Assembly (NCBI GenBank): GCA_016199085.1
Contig: JACQHJ010000009.1
Location: 41,667-105,666 of the forward strand
DNA length: 64,000 bases
Direction: 5' to 3'
Source of the DNA: Candidatus Levyibacteriota bacterium
GTDB lineage: Bacteria > Patescibacteriota > Microgenomatia > Levybacterales > UBA12049
The position numbers and the translations under genes are program-made. The notes beneath the pieces were generated by a model, which searched no databases, was not told where the DNA came from, and saw nothing but the letters and a program-made list of their open reading frames with translations. Positions 8,415 through 17,403 of the stretch are shown one piece after another (the first letter of the stretch is position 1; each line of letters opens with the position of its first letter).

Positions 8415-10403
8415 TTATCTAAGATGCAAATTCAGTGTTTTATCGGCGGAGAGTTTAAATTCTTCAAGTTTTTGGCCACTAACATTTATTAAATATTCAT
8501 TCGCATTTGTTCCAGGCTGTTTCTGAATCATTAAAGGAAGAACGGAATTGTTCGCAAGCTTAAACGGAAGAGTATAGGTGAGAGTAATCTTGGCAACGCC
8601 TTGAGGCCGAACGGTTACAAAGCCCTCAAAGACTGTTTTATCAAGCTCGTCATATGTCTTCATTTTTACCTCAGAACCCTGACTTGAGACAAGCTTACTT
8701 CCTTTTGGAACATAGACCCTAAACCAATCTCGCAAAACCGCATTTAGACAAAGATTGCCTCTTTCAAGATTACAGTCTGAAGGCGCAAAGGGATTTTTGT
8801 AGTTTACGGTTACGGTTTTTGTGATTAACCCATCTGACCCTACGTTATAGTCTGAGGTTACAGCCTCTGAGACAAACATGTTGGATTTTGCGCCGCCAAG
8901 ATTTGCCTCGTTAATGTGAAGATAATCTCCGTCAAAGGCCATGATTCTTCCTGCAGCATTTAAGCCCTCAAGCCCTTCCTGGGCCTGGGCATTATTCATT
9001 TTAAAAAGAATGTGTTTTTCTGAGATTTGGGTAAGCATTGCCTGGAAAAGCGGTCCCCAATAGAGTTTTGGGGAAGATGAAAAAGCTTTTTGCATAATCG
9101 CATACATCAAATCTCCGATTATTCCTTTTCTGTTGGCTATGATTTTATTTGTAGGCTGATCTGCATAAACCTCGAGATTATAGATTACCTGCGGACAATC
9201 GCATCTTGGATCAATCTTTGTGTTCCATGTAGTTCCGCCCAAATCTATATCTCCTAGGATATCCATCGCTGCAACCATGGCCTGAGTATCAACTGCGATT
9301 ACTCCGTCCACGTCTTGAGATCTGGGTGATTTTTCATAAAGCTTGAAAAATTCATCCATAGAGACTTTAAAATCAGGCGAGAGATTACTGTCTCGAAGGT
9401 TTAGATTGTTAACCTCAAGATATTGTCTTATTACATCCGGCGCTTTCGCCTTGCCGGAAATTGTGTCGTCAAGATTATAAATGTTATCCGAGGCATCAAC
9501 GTGAACTACTCCGCTATCTAGTCTGAAATATGAGTAAGCGGTAATAAATCCTCCCGTAGGTCTTAACTCTTTATCGTTTTGGAAAATGATCAGGTATTTT
9601 TTCTCATCCGGCTCTCCAAGTAAAACAGGCAACATTTTAATAAGTGGCCTTGAACTGTTGATTAAAGTTACGCTTTGATCTGTAAGAGTTCTTAGGTTTT
9701 CCAACCCGCTTCTAATTTTCTTTCCTGGACCTATTGGCGGATAATGACCGGGTTCTACCTGATCAATTTCAGTCCTTATCAAGGATAGTTTATCCGCAAT
9801 ATCATCAATCTTTGGGGTAATTTTACTCATGGTTTTAACAGCTGTTTCAATTCTTTGCTGGGCACTTCCTCCGACAAAACTCCCTTGTCCTTTAAGGCCT
9901 AGCAGATCAGCATACGGCTTTATCGAATCGATGAGGATCCCTGCCGCATCCAAACCTTCAAAACCCGCATTCACAAGATGGTCTGCGTCGTTATAATACC
10001 AGCTGGCAATTGGAACAAATTTGAGATATCCCATTGAATGGAGGTTTTTCTGTACGTCTACCAAACCGTCTTTTGTTTTGGCAAGTTCCACTGCGGCAAG
10101 CTCAACGTTTTGTTTTTTAATAGCGTCAGCCGTAACTTTGGCCTGTGCATAAGTTACTTTTACCGACTGGTATGTCTTTAAGGCAGGAATAATTATAGCT
10201 ACGACCGAAAGGACGACCAATAAGACAACAACTGCCAGGGACACCTGAAACTTTCTGTTTCTAATAAGTTTTCTCATCTTTTCCTTAAATTGAGGAAATT
10301 TTGAATTTGAAAAGGATTGCGGAGTGGAAGTCTTGATATCGGAAGCTACAGGCTTGGGGGTATCAAAATTAATCTTAGATATGTTATCCATACACAATAT
10401 CAT
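8415..10403 (-). CDS. Membrane-anchored DUF4012-like protein
   Basis: 662 aa; one TM helix near the N-terminus; segment YLIIFQNDKELRPTGGFITAYSYF resembles the conserved core I associate with DUF4012; the family assignment is from memory, not a search. Confidence 0.4.
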   Translation of the reverse strand: MILCMDNISKINFDTPKPVASDIKTSTPQSFSNSKFPQFKEKMRKLIRNRKFQVSLAVVVLLVVLSVVAIIIPALKTYQSVKVTYAQAKVTADAIKKQNVELAAVELAKTKDGLVDVQKNLHSMGYLKFVPIASWYYNDADHLVNAGFEGLDAAGILIDSIKPYADLLGLKGQGSFVGGSAQQRIETAVKTMSKITPKIDDIADKLSLIRTEIDQVEPGHYPPIGPGKKIRSGLENLRTLTDQSVTLINSSRPLIKMLPVLLGEPDEKKYLIIFQNDKELRPTGGFITAYSYFRLDSGVVHVDASDNIYNLDDTISGKAKAPDVIRQYLEVNNLNLRDSNLSPDFKVSMDEFFKLYEKSPRSQDVDGVIAVDTQAMVAAMDILGDIDLGGTTWNTKIDPRCDCPQVIYNLEVYADQPTNKIIANRKGIIGDLMYAIMQKAFSSSPKLYWGPLFQAMLTQISEKHILFKMNNAQAQEGLEGLNAAGRIMAFDGDYLHINEANLGGAKSNMFVSEAVTSDYNVGSDGLITKTVTVNYKNPFAPSDCNLERGNLCLNAVLRDWFRVYVPKGSKLVSSQGSEVKMKTYDELDKTVFEGFVTVRPQGVAKITLTYTLPFKLANNSVLPLMIQKQPGTNANEYLINVSGQKLEEFKLSADKTLNLHLR

Positions 10404-10430
10404 ATATGGAAATACTAAAAGATGTCAACA

Positions 10431-11096
10431 TTACAGTGCGCCTTTACCGGAAATCATCGCCCAGGGAGTCTTTAAAATAATCCAGAGGTCATAGATAATT
10501 GATCTTTTCCTAACATATGTTTCGTCCATTTTAATCCTTTTATCGAAATTTATCTCAGATCTTCCTGAAACCTGCCAATAACCGGTAACGCCGGGTTTTA
10601 TGGACAAAACGACCTTGACGGCACTTTTTGTCTGAGGATACATTTTTTGCTGCTCGACGAGTTCGTCTGGATAATACGCCCTTGGTCCAACCAAGCTCAT
10701 ATCCCCTCTTAAGATGTTTATAAACTGGGGGACTTCATCAATTGAATGTTTTCGCAAAAAATGGCCGACTCTTGTAATTCTTGGGTCGTCTTTTAGTTTA
10801 TAGCTTCCCTTTTTGTATTCATGGAAAAGCTTTGAATATTTCGGACTGTTTCGAAGTATTGCATGCGCGTTTTGAATCATGCTTCTGAATTTATACATCT
10901 TAAAAAGCTTTCCTCCTTTCCCCACTCTTTCGGGAGTATCGGCAAGGATCGGTCCTTTTGTGTCAATTTTTATTGCCAAAGCTACAACTAGGATCAGGGG
11001 TGAAAAAAGAATCAAAAGAGTAAACGAGAAAACTATATCCATTAGCCTTTTTAAAGCTTCGTAAAGTCCACTTTTTTTAACTTCAGTATAAGGCAT
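10431..11096 (-). CDS. Polyprenyl-phosphate sugar phosphotransferase (bacterial sugar transferase, WbaP/PglC-type initiating enzyme)
   Basis: 221 aa; single N-terminal TM, KGPILADTPERVGKGGKLFKMYKFRSM... and LRGDMSLVGPRA are the signature motifs of the PF02397 sugar transferase family. Confidence 0.8.
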   Translation of the reverse strand: MPYTEVKKSGLYEALKRLMDIVFSFTLLILFSPLILVVALAIKIDTKGPILADTPERVGKGGKLFKMYKFRSMIQNAHAILRNSPKYSKLFHEYKKGSYKLKDDPRITRVGHFLRKHSIDEVPQFINILRGDMSLVGPRAYYPDELVEQQKMYPQTKSAVKVVLSIKPGVTGYWQVSGRSEINFDKRIKMDETYVRKRSIIYDLWIILKTPWAMISGKGAL

Positions 11097-11101
11097 AAGA
11101 T

Positions 11102-12187
11102 TTAGGTTAAATCCTCGTGTGGCGTTCCGGCAAGACTTTCAACGAGCTTTTTGATTTTAGGAACAGATGTCTTTGGACAGACCAAGACAACATCATCTGT
11201 AGTTATTACAAGCATTTCCGAAAGGTCAATTCCGACGGTTAGCTGTTTTGTATAGTTAAACATCAAAGTATCCCTTGAATCTTCAACTATAACATTGCCT
11301 TTGGTAACATTCTCATCATCCGTTTCGCTTAACGCCTCTTTTAAGGCCTCCCATGCTCCGATATCACTCCAGCCGATATCTACCGAGATTACGTTTCCAT
11401 ACTCTTTATCCATTCTCTCGGGAATTGCATTATCAAACGAGATTTTTTCAATTTTCGGATAGATCTCTTCCAAAACACTTTCATATTCGGGGGTGTCTAC
11501 CGCATTGTAGATTTTTAATAAATCTTTATATAAATCTGGAACCAAGGTTTCAAATAAGTGCCATAAGAATTTGGGCGTTGTTACAAAGTATCCTAAATTC
11601 CAGGCATGGTGTCCCCCTTTTACAAACTGCTCTGCAGTTGACAAATGGGGTCTGTATTTAAAGCTTGAGAAGGAATAGATTGGGATATCTCCGATGTCTT
11701 TAATTTTATCTCCAAACTCTATGTATCCAAGATTCTGACTTGCAAATCTGGGTTTTTGTCCTACAAAGACTATCTTTTTTGGATTTTCCAAAATGACTTT
11801 CTCTGCGGCGGAAAGAGCATCCCTGAATATCTGTTCTTCTTTAACCAGATGATCAGATCCCCAAAGAATTACAAAAGGTTCGTCTGGAAATCTTTTTGCA
11901 AAGATTGAGGTAACCAGTCCTACGGCCGGTCCTACGTCTCTCATTTCAGGTTCAATGATTATATTTTCCTCGGGAAGTTTGGGGAGCTGGTCTTTGACAA
12001 TTGTTTTATAATCTTTTCCCGTTGATATGAAAATATCTTCCCATTTAAAAAGAGGGAAAAGCTTATTGACTGCGATTTGCAGCATCGACTGATCGCCGAC
12101 TATTTTTTCAAACTGTTTGGGCGTATTTTTCCTTGAAAGTGGCCAGAGCCTTGTTCCCACTCCACCTGCGAAAATGACTGCTTTCAT
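11102..12187 (-). CDS. Mannose-1-phosphate guanylyltransferase-like sugar nucleotidyltransferase
   Basis: 361 aa; MKAVIFAGGVGTRLWPLSRKNTPKQF is the NTP-transferase G-x-G-T-R-L motif in the ManC/CpsB arrangement. Confidence 0.75.
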   Translation of the reverse strand: MKAVIFAGGVGTRLWPLSRKNTPKQFEKIVGDQSMLQIAVNKLFPLFKWEDIFISTGKDYKTIVKDQLPKLPEENIIIEPEMRDVGPAVGLVTSIFAKRFPDEPFVILWGSDHLVKEEQIFRDALSAAEKVILENPKKIVFVGQKPRFASQNLGYIEFGDKIKDIGDIPIYSFSSFKYRPHLSTAEQFVKGGHHAWNLGYFVTTPKFLWHLFETLVPDLYKDLLKIYNAVDTPEYESVLEEIYPKIEKISFDNAIPERMDKEYGNVISVDIGWSDIGAWEALKEALSETDDENVTKGNVIVEDSRDTLMFNYTKQLTVGIDLSEMLVITTDDVVLVCPKTSVPKIKKLVESLAGTPHEDLT

Positions 12188-13257
12188 AAATTCTTATGTG
12201 TGTTGATAAATGCTTCTAAATTTGTCCGAAAGTACTGCAACGAAAATCTCAAAGCATTTTCTCTACATGATTTCTCATTATATAAGGAAACCTTAAATTT
12301 TTCCAATACTTTTATTAAACTCTCTTTACTTTGTTCATTAAAAAATTCGCCGGTTACTCCTTCTTTTACAATATCCAGTGCTCCCCCTCCCCTAAAGGCA
12401 ATAACCGGCCTTCCGAAATAGTTTGCCTCAATCATAGTCAGTCCGAAATCTTCAAGACCAGGGAAAACCAGTGCAATCGAGTTTTTGTAATATTCAAATA
12501 GCTCTTGGTCTGATACGTCTTTAATAAATTCGATGTTTTTACCTGCCATTTGCTTTAATCTTTTTTCCTCTCCACCGCTTCCTATTATTTTCAAAGGCTG
12601 ACCTGTTTCATTGAAAGCGGAAATTGCCAAATCAATTTTTTTATAGGCAACAAAACGAGAGACTATTAAAAAATATTTCCCTTTTTGCTTGGTCAATGGA
12701 ATATTTGGGAAATCAATTGGAGCATTTATTACAGTTGAATCAAGGTTATAATATTTTTTAATTCTTTTTTTTACCTCATTTGAAATTGCAATTGTGAAAT
12801 CCGGTCTAAGGGCAGCTACCTTATCAAAGTTTCTTAAATACGAAACAAGTGGTGTTGAAATAAACCTAAGCAATCTGTTTTTAAAATATATCTCATACCC
12901 GCTCCAAAGATAGCGTGTAGGAGTAAGGCAATAACAGATGTGCAATGTTTGCGGTTTTGTTATTACGGCTTTTGAGAATTCACTAGTTACCGATATTACA
13001 AGATTATAATCGTCAAAATTAAAGCTTTCAAAAGAAAGAGGCATAAGTGTTGCAAATAGCTCATGAGACGATTTTGCAAACGGAAACTTTTGTAAAAAAG
13101 AAGTTTTTACTTTAAATGCTTTTGCCCAAGGTGCTTTTTTCTCATCATAAACCGAGGTGTAAAGGACGGCTTTGGGAAAAATCTTTTTTAAGGATATTAA
13201 GACTCGTTCAGCTCCTCCCCATTTATTTACTCTATCGTAAACTAATGCTACTTTCAT
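12184..13257 (-). CDS. Glycosyltransferase family 4 (GT-B, retaining)
   Basis: 357 aa; C-terminal EDFGLTMIEANYFGRPVIA (E-x7-E motif) and a GGxxR-like N-terminal glycine loop. Confidence 0.75.
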   Translation of the reverse strand: MKVALVYDRVNKWGGAERVLISLKKIFPKAVLYTSVYDEKKAPWAKAFKVKTSFLQKFPFAKSSHELFATLMPLSFESFNFDDYNLVISVTSEFSKAVITKPQTLHICYCLTPTRYLWSGYEIYFKNRLLRFISTPLVSYLRNFDKVAALRPDFTIAISNEVKKRIKKYYNLDSTVINAPIDFPNIPLTKQKGKYFLIVSRFVAYKKIDLAISAFNETGQPLKIIGSGGEEKRLKQMAGKNIEFIKDVSDQELFEYYKNSIALVFPGLEDFGLTMIEANYFGRPVIAFRGGGALDIVKEGVTGEFFNEQSKESLIKVLEKFKVSLYNEKSCRENALRFSLQYFRTNLEAFINTHKNL

Positions 13258-14353
13258 AAATTTCTATTGTCTGTCTTGCCATTTTATCCCAGGAAAAAAC
13301 ACTTACCCTTTTAAATCCGTTCTCAATAAGTTTTGCCCGTTTAACACCATCTTCTATTACCATTTCCATTTTCTTCTCTATTTCTTGTATATTGAATGGG
13401 TCGAAAAACATTGCGGCGTTTTTACAAATTTCTCTATGTACTTCTATGTCTGAGCAAACCACGGGGCTTCCAACAGACATTGCCTCAACCGCTGTTAAGG
13501 AAAATCCTTCCATAAAAGAAGGAATAACCGTTGCGATTGCATTTTTGTATAAAGAAAATAAATCCTTGTCGTTTGGATTGTTAATAAAAATAATGTTTTG
13601 AGATAGATTCAGCTTTTCTACCTGTTCCCAGATATTTTTGAAGAAATAATCTTTCTTTCCTACCAATACAAGCTTTATGTCTTTATATTTTTTTCTACCC
13701 ACAAAGTTTTTAAAGGCAGTTAAAAGGTTCTCTACGTTTTTATGAGGATAGAAATTACCAACTCTTAGAAAGTATTTTTCTTTTATTAAATCCTCTGTTG
13801 CCTTCAAGTTTTTGTTCTCAAATGCACCCTCGTAGGTAACGATAACTTTATCGGGATGTATGTTTTTATATGAAGACAAAATATCGTTTCTGACAGCATT
13901 TGAAGGAACTATTATTTTAACCGAAGTTTTGAGTGCGTTTTTGATTATAAAAAGGTAACTTTGTCTTTTCAGAAGGTATAGCGGGTATGGAAGCCTGGAC
14001 GCTTTTCCTGTCTTAATTTTTTTGGCTATTAAATCATGAAGGGTAATGACATATTTTTTCCTGTAGAAAACGGGAATTGAAAAGTACGGAAAATGAACAA
14101 GATCAAAATTGTACCCGCTAAGCTCTCTTGCAAAAGTTGTCTGTTCCGAAAGGCTATGCCACTTAATATCAGAAACTATAATTTTCCAATTCTTGTTTTT
14201 TACTGCTTTTTGTACATTTTCTAAATCATCACTTCTTACAAATATTACGTATTTATTCTTTTTGTCTATTCTTGAAAGATTTGAAGTTAGATTTCTAATA
14301 TACCTTCCAACACCGGTTTGAGACCATAAACGTCCGTCAATTCCAATAAGCAT
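13232..14353 (-). CDS. Glycosyltransferase family 4
   Basis: 373 aa; MLIGIDGRLWSQTGVGRY N-terminus typical of GT4 mannosyl/glucosyl transferases; C-terminal EGFSLTAVEAMSVGSPVV E-x7-E motif. Confidence 0.75.
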   Translation of the reverse strand: MLIGIDGRLWSQTGVGRYIRNLTSNLSRIDKKNKYVIFVRSDDLENVQKAVKNKNWKIIVSDIKWHSLSEQTTFARELSGYNFDLVHFPYFSIPVFYRKKYVITLHDLIAKKIKTGKASRLPYPLYLLKRQSYLFIIKNALKTSVKIIVPSNAVRNDILSSYKNIHPDKVIVTYEGAFENKNLKATEDLIKEKYFLRVGNFYPHKNVENLLTAFKNFVGRKKYKDIKLVLVGKKDYFFKNIWEQVEKLNLSQNIIFINNPNDKDLFSLYKNAIATVIPSFMEGFSLTAVEAMSVGSPVVCSDIEVHREICKNAAMFFDPFNIQEIEKKMEMVIEDGVKRAKLIENGFKRVSVFSWDKMARQTIEIYESSISLR

Positions 14354-14399
14354 GAGCTAATTATACAAGGGATAATGTTTTATTACAAAGCCAGAAGTT

Positions 14400-14717
14400 T
14401 TATATACTTAGATGATGTTCAATCCTATCCACTCGTTTTTTCACTGCCACAATATCTTTATCAAAAAAATCAATCACTGTGTCAACAGTCTTTTCAGTTT
14501 TCCTCACTCTTTTTTTAACATCTTTTACGTCAATTTCAATATCTTTTACTTTATCGCTCAGTTGGCCAATATCATGCTGAACCTGCATCCGCGACATTCT
14601 AATTTGGCTCTCAAGCGAGGTTTTGGCACTGGAGACTTCTGCTTCAATTTCTTCCCTCACTACTCCTCTGATTTGCTGAATATCTGTCTTAGTTAACATC
14701 GTTAAAGAATAGCTCAA
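14400..14717 (-). CDS. Small coiled-coil hypothetical protein
   Basis: 105 aa, highly charged with heptad-like periodicity, flanked by short intergenic gaps inside the glycosyltransferase operon; no motif recognised. Confidence 0.3.
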   Translation of the reverse strand: MSYSLTMLTKTDIQQIRGVVREEIEAEVSSAKTSLESQIRMSRMQVQHDIGQLSDKVKDIEIDVKDVKKRVRKTEKTVDTVIDFFDKDIVAVKKRVDRIEHHLSI

Positions 14718-14741
14718 ACAAAATTAAAAATCAAGATATTA

Positions 14742-15929
14742 TTACAAAGAGGACATATAGATTTTATTTAACTTATCCGAGATTATTTTCCAGTCGTAAT
14801 TTTGTTCAACAAATTTCCTGCTGTTTATAGTCAGCTTTCTATATAAACTTGGGTCAAGAGCTAAATCTACAACACAGTTTGCAAGCTCATCCGCGGTTTC
14901 CGCAGCCAAAACATGCGTTTGGTTTTTAGCTTCCAATCCTTCAATTCCAAGATTTGTAGTTACGATACCCACTCCCGAAGACATAGCTTCCAATATTTTA
15001 TAACTTGTTCCTCCTGCCGCCCTAAATGGAGCCAGAAGAATAAATGACTTTCTAAAAATTTCCCAAGTTTCTTCTTTATTGTTTGAATCAAAGGTTACGC
15101 TTGATAAACCTAATTCTTTCAAGCTATCCGGCAAGTTTCTTCCCACAACCCAAAGTTTTAGATTAAAATCTTTATTCAGCTGGCTAAACTTATCTATTAC
15201 TTTTGGCCAGATTTCTTTTAGGATAAACTCAAGGCTATCTCTGTTTTGCAGCCATTTGAAATCGCCGATAAACAAGACTCTTTTCTCCTGCGGGATTGCC
15301 ATAAAATCTCTAAATTTAAACTTTTCGGTATCAACTCCGTTTGGAATTACGGAAACATTTTCTCTTTTCATAATCTTTTTTTCGATATTTGAAACCGCAA
15401 CAAGCTTTGTAGCCTTATTCCAAGCTTGTTCCTCTTTTTGCTTTATTTTTGCTACATCTATTAGAAGAAGCGGCTTAACCAGGGGGTTTAAAAGGCTGGC
15501 ATATCTTTTATAAACCAAATACTCTACGTTATGCTCAACCAAAACAACGGGAATAGTGACTTTGGGAAGATTTTGGAAAACATAAAACGTCTCAACGTGA
15601 ATAAGGTCAAAGGTTTCTCTTACCATTTCATCTTTGATTGCAGTCTGCATTTCTTCAGAGGTGTGTCCGGTAATTAGAAACGGGTTTGTGGAAAAACCGG
15701 TTTTTAAAATGTTTTCAATGCTCCATTGTTTTTTTCTTTTGACCGTAACCACCTTTTTGCAGATTTTTTCAACTTCTTTTACATCTTCATCCGTTTGAAA
15801 ATCCCTTCTCTCACAAATTAAAGTAATTTCGTTATCCTTAGAAAGGTTTTTGATTAAGTTGTACAACCTGATATGGCCCCCACTATGAAGCGGGAACGGA
15901 AGATATGATGAGATTATCAGTATTTTCAT
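14742..15929 (-). CDS. Glycosyltransferase family 4
   Basis: 395 aa; MKILIISSYLPFPLHSGGHIRLYNL N-terminus and a C-terminal GT-B Rossmann domain. Confidence 0.75.
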   Translation of the reverse strand: MKILIISSYLPFPLHSGGHIRLYNLIKNLSKDNEITLICERRDFQTDEDVKEVEKICKKVVTVKRKKQWSIENILKTGFSTNPFLITGHTSEEMQTAIKDEMVRETFDLIHVETFYVFQNLPKVTIPVVLVEHNVEYLVYKRYASLLNPLVKPLLLIDVAKIKQKEEQAWNKATKLVAVSNIEKKIMKRENVSVIPNGVDTEKFKFRDFMAIPQEKRVLFIGDFKWLQNRDSLEFILKEIWPKVIDKFSQLNKDFNLKLWVVGRNLPDSLKELGLSSVTFDSNNKEETWEIFRKSFILLAPFRAAGGTSYKILEAMSSGVGIVTTNLGIEGLEAKNQTHVLAAETADELANCVVDLALDPSLYRKLTINSRKFVEQNYDWKIISDKLNKIYMSSL

Positions 15930-17374
15930 GGCTTTTGTAAAAGATTAAAGATTACGTACTGATCGGTTGCCTCAATAATTTTAAACTGCGTACCAATTCC
16001 AAGATCGGTGTCTGTTGGGTTAACCAAAACAAGATAGGAAGCGCCCTTTTTTATAAGGTCCGCCAGACCGTTTTGAAAAGAAGCCCAGCCTTTTCTTTTT
16101 GTCTGGTATAAAAAGGAGGTATCTCCGTTATAGTTGGCAACTATCTTTGCATCCTTTGGGGTAAGCCTGTCAACTGCCTTACCTGCGACAAGGATTGATT
16201 GATTATTGATATTGAAAAAATCCCGAACATAGTACCAACTAAAGAAAAACGAAAAAATGGTAAGGGTTAAAAAGATAAGGTAGGAAACGGATTTATTGAT
16301 ATTTCCAAGAGGTCTTGTCAAGAAAACTCCCCCAATACCCATTGCCATAGAAATGCTTGGAATAATCAGAATCTGGTAATAATCATGCTGGACATTTCCT
16401 CTGGCAATTACCGTCATATAAATTAAAGACGCTCCTATAAATGACAATAAAAACAAAAGGTCTTTTTTAACATGGAGCCTTAAAAATCCAAGCATCAAAA
16501 GGGGGAGTCCGAAATAGCCTAAAATAAGTTTTGAGAGTCTTTCGCCAAATAACCAGTAGAAGAATGCCCCCTTGAATCTGATATTTCCTTCGTTGAAAAG
16601 CCAGTTACTCGCGGGAATACCCTCGGGAAAGGACTGCATCCATAATCTCCACAAAAGAAGAGGAATAACCGAGACTACCGCAAAAACCCAAAGCTGCCAT
16701 TTTTTTAAAAATGCAAACCCGTATTTCTCAAAAGACAGATAGATAATCGGAAGAGTGAAAAAAAGAGCATAAGGCTTAATCAGAAAACTAACGCTTATAA
16801 AGAAAAGTGAAACGAGAAAATAAAGCCACTTTTTGAAGCCTTCTTTGTCGCTTTTTTCCAAAGCTACTCCGAAAAAGTAGATTCCCGCTAAAACCGCCAT
16901 GACCATTGAAGGATCCGGAAGAATCGTTCTTGAAAAATAGATATTATAGGGAAGGAAAAGAAAGAAAACCAAAGACAGGAATCCTGCCGATGCTCCAAAA
17001 CGGCGTTTAACTATTAAAAATAAAAAGAGTGCAGAAAGCATTGAAGCCGTTATCGACACGAGCCTACCCCATTCTTCTATAGTAAAAACCCCAAATGACT
17101 TAAAGAAAAAGGCTTGGAAAAAATTATAGATAGGGAATTCTACAAATCTTAAACCTTTAGGATTATCTATCCCCGAGGGTACATTGGACAAATCATCAAA
17201 TTGAGGATGCAGCGGGTCAAAACCGTTGGTTGCAAAATTTCTGGATACCGCACTTGTGTCTGCCTGGCGCCAGGAGTGCCAATCGGCAATCGGAGAGTCA
17301 AATCTGTAAAGTCTAAAAATAAAACCTAAGACAAAAAAGAGAATTAAGAAAATTACTTCAAGTTTTCGCATCAA
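15926..17374 (-). CDS. Polytopic membrane glycosyltransferase, GT-C fold (ArnT/PMT-like)
   Basis: 482 aa; about 10 predicted TM helices followed by a C-terminal soluble domain; conserved acidic/aromatic first-loop segment (DSPIADWHSWRQADT); ATGA start/stop overlap with the upstream GT4. Confidence 0.45.
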   Translation of the reverse strand: MMRKLEVIFLILFFVLGFIFRLYRFDSPIADWHSWRQADTSAVSRNFATNGFDPLHPQFDDLSNVPSGIDNPKGLRFVEFPIYNFFQAFFFKSFGVFTIEEWGRLVSITASMLSALFLFLIVKRRFGASAGFLSLVFFLFLPYNIYFSRTILPDPSMVMAVLAGIYFFGVALEKSDKEGFKKWLYFLVSLFFISVSFLIKPYALFFTLPIIYLSFEKYGFAFLKKWQLWVFAVVSVIPLLLWRLWMQSFPEGIPASNWLFNEGNIRFKGAFFYWLFGERLSKLILGYFGLPLLMLGFLRLHVKKDLLFLLSFIGASLIYMTVIARGNVQHDYYQILIIPSISMAMGIGGVFLTRPLGNINKSVSYLIFLTLTIFSFFFSWYYVRDFFNINNQSILVAGKAVDRLTPKDAKIVANYNGDTSFLYQTKRKGWASFQNGLADLIKKGASYLVLVNPTDTDLGIGTQFKIIEATDQYVIFNLLQKP

Positions 17375-17403
17375 TCTTATTTTACGTTACTTATAAGTCT
17401 TTA

